Positions 44,208 to 54,163 of a DNA stretch of 64,000 bases are shown here, in pieces. The notes below the pieces were generated by a model, which did no database searches, was not told where the DNA came from, and saw nothing but the letters and a program-made list of their open reading frames with translations. The first letter of the stretch is position 1. Each line of letters starts with the position of its first letter. This DNA is from Candidatus Sumerlaeota bacterium (GTDB lineage Bacteria; Sumerlaeota; Sumerlaeia; MWCT01; JAUWMI01), in contig JAUWMI010000019.1 in NCBI GenBank assembly GCA_030613245.1, positions 6,728 to 70,727 on the forward strand, given 5' to 3'. The translations under genes and the position numbers were made by a program.

Positions 44208-45857
44208 CTATTCGCGGAAGATAATATCACCGGCGCTCTGGGCACCGTTTTTGCGGTCATATTTTAATGCGGCAAAATCATCGCGCATATCCGGGCCTGC
44301 GCTGTAGAGCCTGTATGCGTCGCCGACTTTCTCGTATCTGAAATTCTTCTCCGTAAAAGGGTCAAGGGGGATTGGATAGAGAATTGGGCCAAGCTCATCA
44401 ATTGTTGAGGGATAGGCTTTGTTCCGCACCTTGAAAAGCTCTAAGGCGGCCATGATTCTCACTCCTCGCACGCGCGCCTTTCTAATCGTATCTTGCATAA
44501 GCCCATTTACGATCGACCCGAAGTGTATGGTCGTTTCATTAACCGGATCCATTTTTTGAAGCCTAGCCACCAGATCAAACATAATGGCTTTGGGGTAAGG
44601 CTTCTTCGAGTTGTCAATTACCTCGGTCCAAAATTCTTCGCTATTCTTTATTATTCTGTTCTTCCGAAGCGCGAGAAATAGGAACGCTGGTATTCGCTTG
44701 CTCGGGTGATAACCCTTGCTATGTTTAACAAATTCCATCGCGCTGCCTGTCTGTTGAATTGTGTGGATAAAGGCAAGATGGTCATGCCAGAAAGCAGTAG
44801 ATAATGGCGGACTGCTTTTCTCAAGTTTTCCCAGCTCCTTAAGCAATGCTTCCAGAACGGCGGTATCGAGTTGAGCGCTGCGAAGGGTTTTTTGCAATGC
44901 CTTATAAGCCATTGACTCAATAGCAATATCAATGAGATTTCCGATAAGAGTGTCGTTACCGACTGACTGGCCGAATTTGGCGACCTCCACGTAGTTTAGT
45001 ATCGCCTTTTCTGGCCTGCCTTCAGCTTCGAATTTCTTCCCCCGGCAAATCATTAACCTGGTTAAGGTATGGATTGAGAGGAAATTCGGAACAGGGGCTT
45101 CATAATCAAGCTCTTCCTCAGCTACTATTGATCTTGCGAAAGGCTTTTTTGCCCCTTCATGGATAAGTGTAAATGCTGATTCATTCTTTTCTAGCAAAGC
45201 CCCCAAGCCGTTTAGTTGACCCTGCCAGCCGCCTATGATTACGGATGTTGCCGTGTCCATAGCTGAGGAATCTGTGGGATTGTCAGGATCGTAGCGAGTT
45301 TGTTTGATTGCCCACATGAACTCTATTATTCCATTATCATCCGAAGCCTTTGAAATTTGCTGGTTTTCAAATAGAAACGTGCGATCTGCTGATACTTTCA
45401 CTCCGCTCTCTATGGGTGGATTAACGTGCCTTACAATATCGCCGTTGGTAACTTTACCATTCCGAGCCGCATAGATCACGCCACCATTGTCATCATCAGT
45501 ATCTGGCCCGTAGCTGTAAATGATGGCCCCCGCTGCTGCCTCTTTGCCTCGCTTTATGTATGTATATGGATATTTTGTCTTACCCAAAAGGGTCCGGTGC
45601 ATATTGAAGGGATCGTTAGGAATTGTTTCAATAAAGGTTAATGGTGTGGTGAGGGAATTTAAAGAATCGGGGAAAGTGTTGTGGGTAGAAAAATAATCTC
45701 CCAACGTCAGCTCGAGGGTTTTCAGATCAACCTCTACCGCAGCGAGCTGTTCTTTTATGGTGGGCTTGGGCGCCGTGGGTTTTCTGCTGTAGCTTATTAC
45801 AATTACCAAGCCCACGGCCAGGGCGATGATTGCCAAAATCAGCCAGTATTTCTTCAT
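44208..45857 (-). CDS. membrane-anchored protein with two GspG/pseudopilin-like domains (paralogue 2)
   Basis: Same architecture as 42514..44148 and collinear similarity throughout. SD GGGGGAAG precedes ATG 45857. Confidence 0.65.
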   Translation of the reverse strand: MKKYWLILAIIALAVGLVIVISYSRKPTAPKPTIKEQLAAVEVDLKTLELTLGDYFSTHNTFPDSLNSLTTPLTFIETIPNDPFNMHRTLLGKTKYPYTYIKRGKEAAAGAIIYSYGPDTDDDNGGVIYAARNGKVTNGDIVRHVNPPIESGVKVSADRTFLFENQQISKASDDNGIIEFMWAIKQTRYDPDNPTDSSAMDTATSVIIGGWQGQLNGLGALLEKNESAFTLIHEGAKKPFARSIVAEEELDYEAPVPNFLSIHTLTRLMICRGKKFEAEGRPEKAILNYVEVAKFGQSVGNDTLIGNLIDIAIESMAYKALQKTLRSAQLDTAVLEALLKELGKLEKSSPPLSTAFWHDHLAFIHTIQQTGSAMEFVKHSKGYHPSKRIPAFLFLALRKNRIIKNSEEFWTEVIDNSKKPYPKAIMFDLVARLQKMDPVNETTIHFGSIVNGLMQDTIRKARVRGVRIMAALELFKVRNKAYPSTIDELGPILYPIPLDPFTEKNFRYEKVGDAYRLYSAGPDMRDDFAALKYDRKNGAQSAGDIIFRE

Positions 45858-45928
45858 CGTCTTCCCCCTTGCCAACCCTGGCCGTCTAAGAAGGCAAATG
45901 CTAAGGCACGATGTACGCAATTTGGCGT

Positions 45929-46516
45929 TCAGGGTGTAAGGGCGACCTGTCCGCCACGGCGGATCGCCCGTTTTATATTTTCAGGATTTTCATCATCTAA
46001 TTCCCATGTTATGGGATTGTTTATAATGTATTCGCGGATTTTGTTTAGATCCTTTTCGTCACGGATGATGTGTTCGTAATAATTGCGTTGCCAGACCAGT
46101 CTCCCCAAGGTATGGCGAGTCTTGTTGATTTGCTTTGTGGTTGCAGACTTAAATCCTCGCATAATCGCCCCGATCGTTTTGGTTGGTGATCGGAGTTCTT
46201 TTGTAGGGGCGTATTGCAATACGCCCTTAAGATCGTGCGTAATTATAATAATGCCATGGAGATGGTTTGGCATAATAACATATTGATCTAGCGTTAGATT
46301 TTCGCGTAACGCGCCAGTCTTAATCCACTCATTTCGAACAATTGTACCATATTTGTTCAATTTCATTTCGCTATTGACTATGTTTCCGAACATACATTTC
46401 CCTCTGTGCGTACATACTGTTATAAAATACGCGCCTGCTGTTGAATAGTCATAGTGCTTTAATCTTATTGACCTGCGATGGTGTTCTTCTGGATCGTATT
46501 TCATTTTGCCTGCCAT
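45929..46516 (-). CDS. REP-associated tyrosine transposase (RAYT; IS200/IS605-like Y1 HUH enzyme), copy 1
   Basis: RRSIRLKHYDYSTAGAYFITVCT, HUH motif MPNHLHGII, catalytic Tyr block WQRNYYEHIIRDE. Start set at MAGKMKYD, because the longer ORF runs through the upstream REP. Confidence 0.8.
   Translation of the reverse strand: MAGKMKYDPEEHHRRSIRLKHYDYSTAGAYFITVCTHRGKCMFGNIVNSEMKLNKYGTIVRNEWIKTGALRENLTLDQYVIMPNHLHGIIIITHDLKGVLQYAPTKELRSPTKTIGAIMRGFKSATTKQINKTRHTLGRLVWQRNYYEHIIRDEKDLNKIREYIINNPITWELDDENPENIKRAIRRGGQVALTP
46203..46229. repeat. REP-like palindrome embedded in RAYT copy 1 coding sequence
   Basis: gtaggggcgtattgcaatacgccctta, encoding KGVLQYAPT just after the HUH motif. Confidence 0.8.
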
Positions 46517-46551
46517 TTTGTATGATCTATGAATGCGTTGTACAGAATTAT

Positions 46552-46575
46552 GGGCGTATTGCAATACGCCCCTAC
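46552..46575. repeat. REP-type palindrome directly upstream of RAYT copy 1
   Basis: gggcgtattgcaatacgcccctac, 36 nt upstream of the start codon. Confidence 0.85.
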
Positions 46576-46759
46576 ACATATTATGTGGTCTTTTGGGCTT
46601 CAGGATGCATTCCTTCATATTCTTGCTATGATGTGGTGCCCGAGTTCAAATTGAAATCGCCGCAATTGGTTAAATTCAATTTCCATGGAATTGACGAGCG
46701 TGCACAAGCCAATTTACATTCTTAAGGCGGTTATTGAAAATGAACTCGCTGGTTTGGCT

Positions 46760-47218
<459 letters not shown>

Positions 47219-47253
47219 TTTGTATGATACATGAATGCGTTGTACAGATTTAT

Positions 47254-47277
47254 GGGCGTATTGCAATACGCCCCTAC
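47254..47277. repeat. REP-type palindrome directly upstream of RAYT copy 2
   Basis: gggcgtattgcaatacgcccctac, identical to 46552-46575. Confidence 0.85.
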
Positions 47278-47508
47278 ATGTTAGGGGTTGGCGATATTCA
47301 CCGTCGAATTTCCATTCTATGGTGACATGTACGACCTAGTTGCGGCAGCAAATCGGTTGCGTAGCGGATGCTATGTGATTGCCATTTGAAATTCGGCAAT
47401 TATGTTTCCCGGATTTCTTTTGCTATGGTTGAAATTTATGCTGCAATTATGGAGGGATGTAAATTTTATAGCAACCTAATTGCGAAGGGGGCTTGGGGTC
47501 GCCCTATT

Positions 47509-49548
47509 CTATCTAAAAAACGGGGCGAGGACGAGGGAAATTACACAGACGAGCTTGATGAGGATATTGATGGAGGGGCCGACAGTGTCTTTCATGGGGT
47601 CGCCGACGGTGTCGCCTACCACGGCTGCCTTGTGGGTTTCTGAGCCTTTACCGCCAAAATGGCCTTCTTCGATGTATTTCTTTGCGTTGTCCATTGCGCC
47701 GCCACTGTTGGCAAACTGAATGCCGAGCATCAAACCTGACACTACCGATCCGATGAGTACTCCTGCCAATCCGTACTTGCCAAGCGGCGAGAAGCCGATA
47801 ATGACCGGAACCAGGATGACCATTGTCCCGGGCACGAGCATACCCTGAATAGCACCTTTGGTGCTGATGTCAACGCACTGTGCGTAGTCGGGCTTGGCCG
47901 TGCCCTCCATGATGCCGGGAATTTCGCGAAACTGCCTGCGTACTTCTTCGATCATCCTGAACGCCGAGTTGCTCACTGCGCGAAACAGCATGGATGAGAA
48001 GAAGTAGGGCAACATGCCGCCGAGCAGAAGTCCGCCCAGTACGCGCGGGTCTTTGATGTCTGCAACCCCGATGTCAGCCGCCTTCATAAATGCAACCAGA
48101 AGTCCCATTGCAGCAAATGAAGCTGAGCCGATGGCAAATCCCTTGCCTATTGCCGCAGTGGTGTTACCCACGGCATCGAGGTTGTTTGTAATGTTGCGCA
48201 CCGAGGGGTCCAGATTCGCCATCTCGGCGATGCCGCCTGCGTTGTCGGCAATTGGGCCGTAGGAATCAACTGACACGATCATGCCGGTGGTGGTAAGCAT
48301 GCCAACGGCTGCCATGGCGATACCGTAGAATCCCGCAAACTTGTACGATACGATCACGGCGCAGGCCAGGACAATGGCCGGAATGGCTGTGCTCTTCATG
48401 CCGACTGAGATACCTTCGGTCACGGTGATTGCGGGGCCGGTTTGCGAGCTTTCGGCCAGTCGGCGAACCGGTTTGTACTTTGTCGAGGTGAAGTACTCGC
48501 TGATATAACCGATCACGATCCCTGAAATGATGCCCGCAATTACGGCTACGAAGATTCCCATTCGAGTGTAATGCACTCCGTCTTCTTCGAAATCCACACC
48601 CAGATACTTTACAGCGAAGTAAGCGCCAATGGTGGCCAGGATTGCACTGGTATACGTGCCACCCATGAGCGAGCCTTGCGGATCGCGTTGTCCCGTGAGT
48701 TTCACAAACATAACGCCGATGATCGAGGCCACGATGCCGATAGAGGCGAGGTAGAGAGGGAGCATTCGCAGGGCTTCGGCAATCTCAGCGCTTGCCAGGG
48801 TGAGCCCGACTGTGGCGATAGCGATGCTGGCAATAATGCTCTCGACGTACGATTCAAGAAGGTCGGAGCCGAGCCCTGCCACATCGCCCACATTGTCGCC
48901 AACGTTATCGGCAATGGTAGCGGGATTGCGCGGATCGTCTTCAGGGATGCCGGCCTCGCCCTTGCCGACGAGATCTGCGCCCATGTCTGCGCCTTTTGTA
49001 TAAATTCCACCGCCCGAGCGGGCAAACAGGGCTACCAGACTGGCGCCCATGGCGTAGCCGTTAATTATCTGTGGCTCTCCGCGAAACAATATGTACATCG
49101 CGCATAAGCCAAGCAGCGAAATCCCCACTACGCTCATGCCCATGACCGCACCGCCGGTAATCGCTACACTCAGGGCGCCTTTCAACCCCTGCTGCTGAGC
49201 AGCATAGGTTGTGCGGCAGTTTGCGCGGGTGGCAATACTCATACCGATATAGCCTGCCAGGCCAGAGGCTACTGCGCCGCAGATGAACGCGAGTGAGGTT
49301 GGAAGTCCCAATGGCAAATCCTTGCGCAACTCACCCCCGATGGCGATCAGAGTTGCAATCACCAGGACAAACATAGCTATGTAGCCATATTCGCGCTTTA
49401 AAAACGCATTTGCGCCGGTCTGGATCGCCTGGGAGATTTCAATCATGCGTTCGCTGCCGCGCTCCTTGCTCAGCACGTCAGCAACGAGATATGCTACAAA
49501 GAGCAGAGCAAGGATGCTGGCGCCAAATGGAATGAGAATTCCGGGCAT
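47509..49548 (-). CDS. hppA: membrane-bound H+/Na+-translocating pyrophosphatase
   Basis: 679 aa, polytopic. [46 protein letters not shown] and [19 protein letters not shown] blocks. Confidence 0.95.
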   Translation of the reverse strand: MPGILIPFGASILALLFVAYLVADVLSKERGSERMIEISQAIQTGANAFLKREYGYIAMFVLVIATLIAIGGELRKDLPLGLPTSLAFICGAVASGLAGYIGMSIATRANCRTTYAAQQQGLKGALSVAITGGAVMGMSVVGISLLGLCAMYILFRGEPQIINGYAMGASLVALFARSGGGIYTKGADMGADLVGKGEAGIPEDDPRNPATIADNVGDNVGDVAGLGSDLLESYVESIIASIAIATVGLTLASAEIAEALRMLPLYLASIGIVASIIGVMFVKLTGQRDPQGSLMGGTYTSAILATIGAYFAVKYLGVDFEEDGVHYTRMGIFVAVIAGIISGIVIGYISEYFTSTKYKPVRRLAESSQTGPAITVTEGISVGMKSTAIPAIVLACAVIVSYKFAGFYGIAMAAVGMLTTTGMIVSVDSYGPIADNAGGIAEMANLDPSVRNITNNLDAVGNTTAAIGKGFAIGSASFAAMGLLVAFMKAADIGVADIKDPRVLGGLLLGGMLPYFFSSMLFRAVSNSAFRMIEEVRRQFREIPGIMEGTAKPDYAQCVDISTKGAIQGMLVPGTMVILVPVIIGFSPLGKYGLAGVLIGSVVSGLMLGIQFANSGGAMDNAKKYIEEGHFGGKGSETHKAAVVGDTVGDPMKDTVGPSINILIKLVCVISLVLAPFFR

Positions 49549-49745
49549 TTCGTCTTCGCTCCTCTTCGATACAGTGTTTGATTAACTACCGCCACAGAGG
49601 TACAGAGATAAAAAGCGAGTTCCTCAAGTAACAAGTCCGGGAAGGTTTGTAAAGGAGAAAAAGGCAGCGGTCTTCAGGCGATTGGCTTTGCAAATATGAG
49701 TGAGAAAAGCGGACAAGCCCACCAGAGGCGGGCAGGCCCGCGTCT

Positions 49746-50306
49746 TCACCTTTTATAAAGCCCTTTGCGATGAATATAGTCAATCACCGAGCGCGAGAGG
49801 TGCTGATCCACATGTTCTCCGCGCTTGAGTTTCTCGCGCACCATGGAGCTGCTGATGTCGGGAAGAAAGAACTTTTCGGGATTTGCCAGGTCTGGGACGG
49901 TCTCTTCACACAGCCGGGGCAAGATGCGCAGCGACACCAGTGTTTTCAGCAGCTCGAACTCTTTCCACTTTGCGGTTTCTTTCAGGACATCGGAACCGAT
50001 AATGAGTTCGAAAGAGGCATCTGGATGTCGGCGCCTTAGCTCGCGCACGGTATCAATGGTGTAACTTACCTTTCCCATCTCGGCTTCAACCGGTGAAATC
50101 TCCACGCGTGGGTGCAGCTGCCGCATGGCAAGGCGGCACATCTCAATACGATCTTCAAATGGAGCGGCAGGTTTCTCAAAAGGATGCTGATAGCATGGGA
50201 TCACCAGAATCTTGTCGAGACCGCTGGTTTCCAGGACGTAGTGGCAGGCCAGCATATGACTGAGGTGAGGGGGATCGAACGTTCCGCCAAAGATGCCAAT
50301 TTTCAT
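49746..50306 (-). CDS. nadD: nicotinate-nucleotide adenylyltransferase
   Basis: MKIGIFGGTFDPPHLSHM (GxFxPxHxxH) and ISSSMVR-like C-terminal motif. Confidence 0.9.
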   Translation of the reverse strand: MKIGIFGGTFDPPHLSHMLACHYVLETSGLDKILVIPCYQHPFEKPAAPFEDRIEMCRLAMRQLHPRVEISPVEAEMGKVSYTIDTVRELRRRHPDASFELIIGSDVLKETAKWKEFELLKTLVSLRILPRLCEETVPDLANPEKFFLPDISSSMVREKLKRGEHVDQHLSRSVIDYIHRKGLYKR

Positions 50307-50420
50307 TGCGAGCTCCCGCTGAGTTAAGATCGCGACAGCGAAGATTATTCACTTATCGTTGGTTTTCTGAGCTTCGGTCAAGGGAAAAACGCGCCGCGCT
50401 CGCTGTGCCGTTTGGCTATA

Positions 50421-51596
50421 CTATCGCTCGTACGTAAGACTCAGTTGCACGTGCTCGCGGCGGCCCGTTGCTTTCACCCAGAGCATCAACGAGATGGTGC
50501 CAGAGGCATTGCGGATCACCACCTCGCTACGCCGCCCTGCATGTTCCAACTGATGAGGAAACTGCTGGCATAGAATCTTAAGAGCCAGAATGAGCTTGAG
50601 CTGAAGATTTTCCGGGGGAACCGGCAGATTAATCCGCTCTTTCTCGTGCAGAGCATATATCCGAAACACGAGCTGGGTGCTTTCTATAAGCAGAGTGTGA
50701 ATGCCTTGCGCTCGGCATAGATGCAGGAGGCTATTCAGCGCATAAAGAGAGTCCGGGCACTCGGGAAGCTGATACGGAGATGCCGCGACGATTTGCTCCC
50801 GCACGAGGCGGGCCAGCTCCTGTTTCATCGCAGCTGTGTATTCGGAATAGAAGTAGTAGTAATCGTCGCGGCCGAGCACATAAAGCTCCTGAATGGCTTT
50901 CCCCACCCGCTCCTCTTCACACTCGAGCCATTCAAGGGGACAGGATAGAAGTTCGCGGATATGGTTTTTTACTACCGGGTCTCCTGGCTGGCTGATAATA
51001 CAGGTGAGTCCACCCTCTTCGAGCCAAAAAGGGCAGACACTATAGTGCAGGGCAACCAGCTGCGGGATGTGTTTCGTGGCTTTCAGGTATCGGTATTTCG
51101 TTTCAGGGAGCATATGGCCAGCTACCACTTGATCGAAAACGACTCCCATCTCTTCGGCTGTCTGCTCAACATCAGGCGAAGGCAACACAGGGGGTTTCGA
51201 AGCGTGAAAACGGATCAGCTCTTCAATGGCGATGCGCGCTTCGTTTCTGACGCGGCGGTCAGGATCATCCCGAGCTACCTTCTGGAGTTCCGGCAAGGCA
51301 TCCATATTCCGCAACCAGCCCAACGCAATACAGGCCTGCGCACGGAACTTCTTGTCCTTGCGCTCAAGGAACTCTTCAAGGATAGGTGCCGCATTTTCCA
51401 CGCCTAGCTTGCCCAGGAGATCTATGATGCGCAGGCGCAAGCGCCGCGGGGTGCCTTTTGCCTTGAGTTTTTGCGCCAGCGGCTCTAACGCATTGCTGCC
51501 ATACAATAGCAAGTCGCGAAACGCACGCATTGCCTTCAGCATATCCTGATCCCCAAGGCGCTCTATGAGAAAAGCTATGTGTTCCCGTTCACCCAT
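50421..51596 (-). CDS. HEAT-repeat protein with uncharacterised C-terminal domain
   Basis: LRLRIIDLLGKLGVENAAPILEEFLE..KFRAQACIALGWLRNMDALPELQKVARDDPDRRVRNEARIAIE are PBS-lyase/HEAT-type repeats. Confidence 0.6.
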   Translation of the reverse strand: MGEREHIAFLIERLGDQDMLKAMRAFRDLLLYGSNALEPLAQKLKAKGTPRRLRLRIIDLLGKLGVENAAPILEEFLERKDKKFRAQACIALGWLRNMDALPELQKVARDDPDRRVRNEARIAIEELIRFHASKPPVLPSPDVEQTAEEMGVVFDQVVAGHMLPETKYRYLKATKHIPQLVALHYSVCPFWLEEGGLTCIISQPGDPVVKNHIRELLSCPLEWLECEEERVGKAIQELYVLGRDDYYYFYSEYTAAMKQELARLVREQIVAASPYQLPECPDSLYALNSLLHLCRAQGIHTLLIESTQLVFRIYALHEKERINLPVPPENLQLKLILALKILCQQFPHQLEHAGRRSEVVIRNASGTISLMLWVKATGRREHVQLSLTYER

Positions 51597-52107
51597 GCCT
51601 CATACCTATAGCTCAATGTTCATAAGTCAGCCGGGTACGGCGCAGTTCTCTCGTCATCTCCCACAACTCTGCTCACATTATCTTCAGCGTGTGGCAGATT
51701 GCAAGCACTTCTTAGCTTGTTGCTGATGCAGGGAAGCTCCGCACCAAGGGAAGGAATCTTTTTTCGCTGTAGCTCACGCAAAGGCGCAGAGACGCAAAGA
51801 AAAGCAGGATGTGTGATTGCATCATTCACCGTAATCTCTTGGCGGCTTTACGTGAGATTCTTACATTCCAATTCTCCGGCCAAAATGTAGGGGTTTGATT
51901 AACCAAGCTCCTAGTCTACGAACTAAACTGACGTGCACGCGTTCTGGACTGGTCGGGAAAAAATTGTTGCGCTTACTAGAGCGACGCGGTATTAATAATG
52001 AGACCGGACAACTGCATTATAAAGAGAAATTTGGACGTGCGAGTGAGCATTTAAGAAAAGTCTTTCTACAGCAAATTATAATAGTCGATCTAGAGGAGGG
52101 GTGGATT

Positions 52108-53988
52108 ATGGCTCTTGTAAAATGTAAAGAGTGCGGCAATAAGGTCAGCACTAAAGCTGATAAGTGCCCCAATTGTGGTGCGGCAATTAAAAAGTCCATA
52201 GGTTGCGTCGGTTGCATGGGATGGCTAGGTATACTAGTTCTTGGGCTCATCTTCTTGGGGGTGATAGGGAATTTCCTTGAACCAGACCCCACTAAAGAGA
52301 AGGCCGGTCGGCCCTCTTCTCCTCAGACGAAGGTAGCAACAAAGAAAGAGCCGCAAACGAAAACCGTCTACGATATGAGCCTTATTGTTCCTCTGACTGA
52401 ACAAGAGAAGGAGAAGCCGGTAGTAACTCCTTCACCGACTAAACAAGAGACGCAGAAACCGACAGTAGCTTCTATGCCAACAGTTGAGCGAGAGAAGGTT
52501 GTTACGCCGAGGTATAGCGTTTTGAATGAAGAGGTACATGACGTCCCAATCAAAACGCAAGTAGTTTTAAATATATTGGTTTCAGGAGAGATCTCAGAAG
52601 CGGGCCTTAAGGCTTTGCTTAATCAGCTCTATTCTTCTATCAAGGTGAGGAGAGGGTTCAAATATCATGATTGTCCAACAAATATTTACATTTACGTGTT
52701 TACCTCAAAGGAGAGAGCTGAGTCAGGTATGGGACAATGGGTAGCGATGTTGCAAAAAAGCTACGACGATATAAAGCCTACTATCAGCATCAATGAGCGT
52801 CAAATTGTGCAACTCCGTGCGAAACCAGAGGAGCGATTTGACTTGTCTGAGGAGAAACGAAAGGAAATCTGGGAAGAGCTTTTATTGTCGGAGGATCGTG
52901 CACGGAAAGAGGCTGAACAGCAATATCCACTTGACCCAACGCAATCTCTTCGTGTGGGACAGGTATTCGAACTTTCAAAAGAGACGCCTCTAATGCCAGA
53001 ACTGGAACCTGCAGATCCGATGGCTGCTATGCAAAGGGTCCTAAGGCTCCCCCCACGAACTAGTATCAAGATACTAGGGGTTGGCATGAAGCAGCAAACG
53101 CTCTGGTATTCTGTAGAAGCAACGAGTCCATCAAAAAGCTCCAGCGCCGGTGGGTGGATCAATAGTATTACTTTGATGGGACAAGGACCAGTTGATACTA
53201 ACCAACAGTTGGAAAAACAAGTCGAGCTTGAGAAGCACGCAAGAGAGAAGCACGAAAAAGATATAGCAAAAAAGTATGGATTAACGCTCGAGCAGTTGCA
53301 TGAGATTTATCTGGAGGGCATAGTAAAAGATTGGGCCTTTCCAAAGGCGGCTAGTAAATCTACGCTTATTATTGAAAGGTCCGTCTCTAGGGCTGTATCG
53401 AGTTATGATGATGACACTAAAGAATATAAGAAGCTGCAAAACCATACTGACGACCAAGTCCCATCAAGAGTTCTAAAACAAATCAAACAGAGGGTAGCAA
53501 GTCGTCACCCAGATAGCTATGGGATACAAAAAATGCTTATCAGAGCTGAGATTGAAGCATATAAGGAGCTTCAAAGATATAGTGAAAATCGTGTTCCATC
53601 GCGAGTTCTCGAACAAATCAAAAGAACGGTAGCGAGTCGTCACCCGGATAGCTATTCCGTACAAAAAACACTGATCGATTCCGAAGTTCAAGCATATAAG
53701 GAACTCCAAAGCTACCGTGAAAGCCATATTCCTTCGCGGGTTCTTGAACAAATCAAAGGAAGATTAGCAAGGCGTCATCCCGATAGTTATTCGGTGCAAA
53801 AAACCCTAATAGATGCTGAGGTTGAAGCATATAAGGAGCTCCAAAGCTATAGCGATAATCGTATCCCATCCCGGGTTCTGGACCGAATTAAAAGAAATGT
53901 GGCGAGACGACATCCAGGTAGCTATTCTGTGCAAAAGACGCTCATTGATGCTGAGGTGGAAAGCTATGTAGAGCGGGCGCGATGGTGA
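52108..53988 (+). CDS. zinc-ribbon membrane protein with C-terminal 45-aa tandem repeats
   Basis: SD GAGGAGGGG 7 nt before ATG 52108. MALVKCKECGNKVSTKADKCPNCG zinc ribbon. TM segment GWLGILVLGLIFLGVIG. Four C-terminal repeats. Confidence 0.7.
   Translation: MALVKCKECGNKVSTKADKCPNCGAAIKKSIGCVGCMGWLGILVLGLIFLGVIGNFLEPDPTKEKAGRPSSPQTKVATKKEPQTKTVYDMSLIVPLTEQEKEKPVVTPSPTKQETQKPTVASMPTVEREKVVTPRYSVLNEEVHDVPIKTQVVLNILVSGEISEAGLKALLNQLYSSIKVRRGFKYHDCPTNIYIYVFTSKERAESGMGQWVAMLQKSYDDIKPTISINERQIVQLRAKPEERFDLSEEKRKEIWEELLLSEDRARKEAEQQYPLDPTQSLRVGQVFELSKETPLMPELEPADPMAAMQRVLRLPPRTSIKILGVGMKQQTLWYSVEATSPSKSSSAGGWINSITLMGQGPVDTNQQLEKQVELEKHAREKHEKDIAKKYGLTLEQLHEIYLEGIVKDWAFPKAASKSTLIIERSVSRAVSSYDDDTKEYKKLQNHTDDQVPSRVLKQIKQRVASRHPDSYGIQKMLIRAEIEAYKELQRYSENRVPSRVLEQIKRTVASRHPDSYSVQKTLIDSEVQAYKELQSYRESHIPSRVLEQIKGRLARRHPDSYSVQKTLIDAEVEAYKELQSYSDNRIPSRVLDRIKRNVARRHPGSYSVQKTLIDAEVESYVERARW
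53458..53985 (+). repeat. in-frame tandem repeat, 135-bp period, ~3.9 copies
   Basis: Units start at 53458, 53593, 53728 and 53863. Consensus (V/I)PSRVL.QIK..(V/L)A(S/R)RHP(D/G)SY(S/G)(V/I)QK(T/M)LI.(A/S)E(V/I)(E/Q)(A/S)Y(K/V)E(L/R). Confidence 0.9.
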
Positions 53989-54163
53989 TGAGAGCTCTGA
54001 GCGAAGCCCATGGCAACGGTTTTCCTAATATTTTGGTTTTGCTCAAAAGCAATATTGTAAAGCGTGCGTTGGGTTAATATCCAATGGGGAGGTATTAAAG
54101 CAGATCGCGAAGCTAATCTTGTATAATCGAAATAAAGTGAAAAGACATTAAAAAGGAAAAACT

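Noticed and set aside
51895-52107. 71-codon N-terminal extension of the zinc-ribbon ORF (TTG start in the ORF track)
   Set aside because: A strong GAGGAGGGG Shine-Dalgarno lies 7 nt before ATG 52108, and the zinc ribbon begins right there. The extension has no features.
53458-53985. Regular 135-bp repeats considered as a CRISPR-like array
   Set aside because: The units are contiguous with no spacers, in frame and conserved at the protein level inside a long ORF. No cas genes are present. This is a coding tandem repeat.
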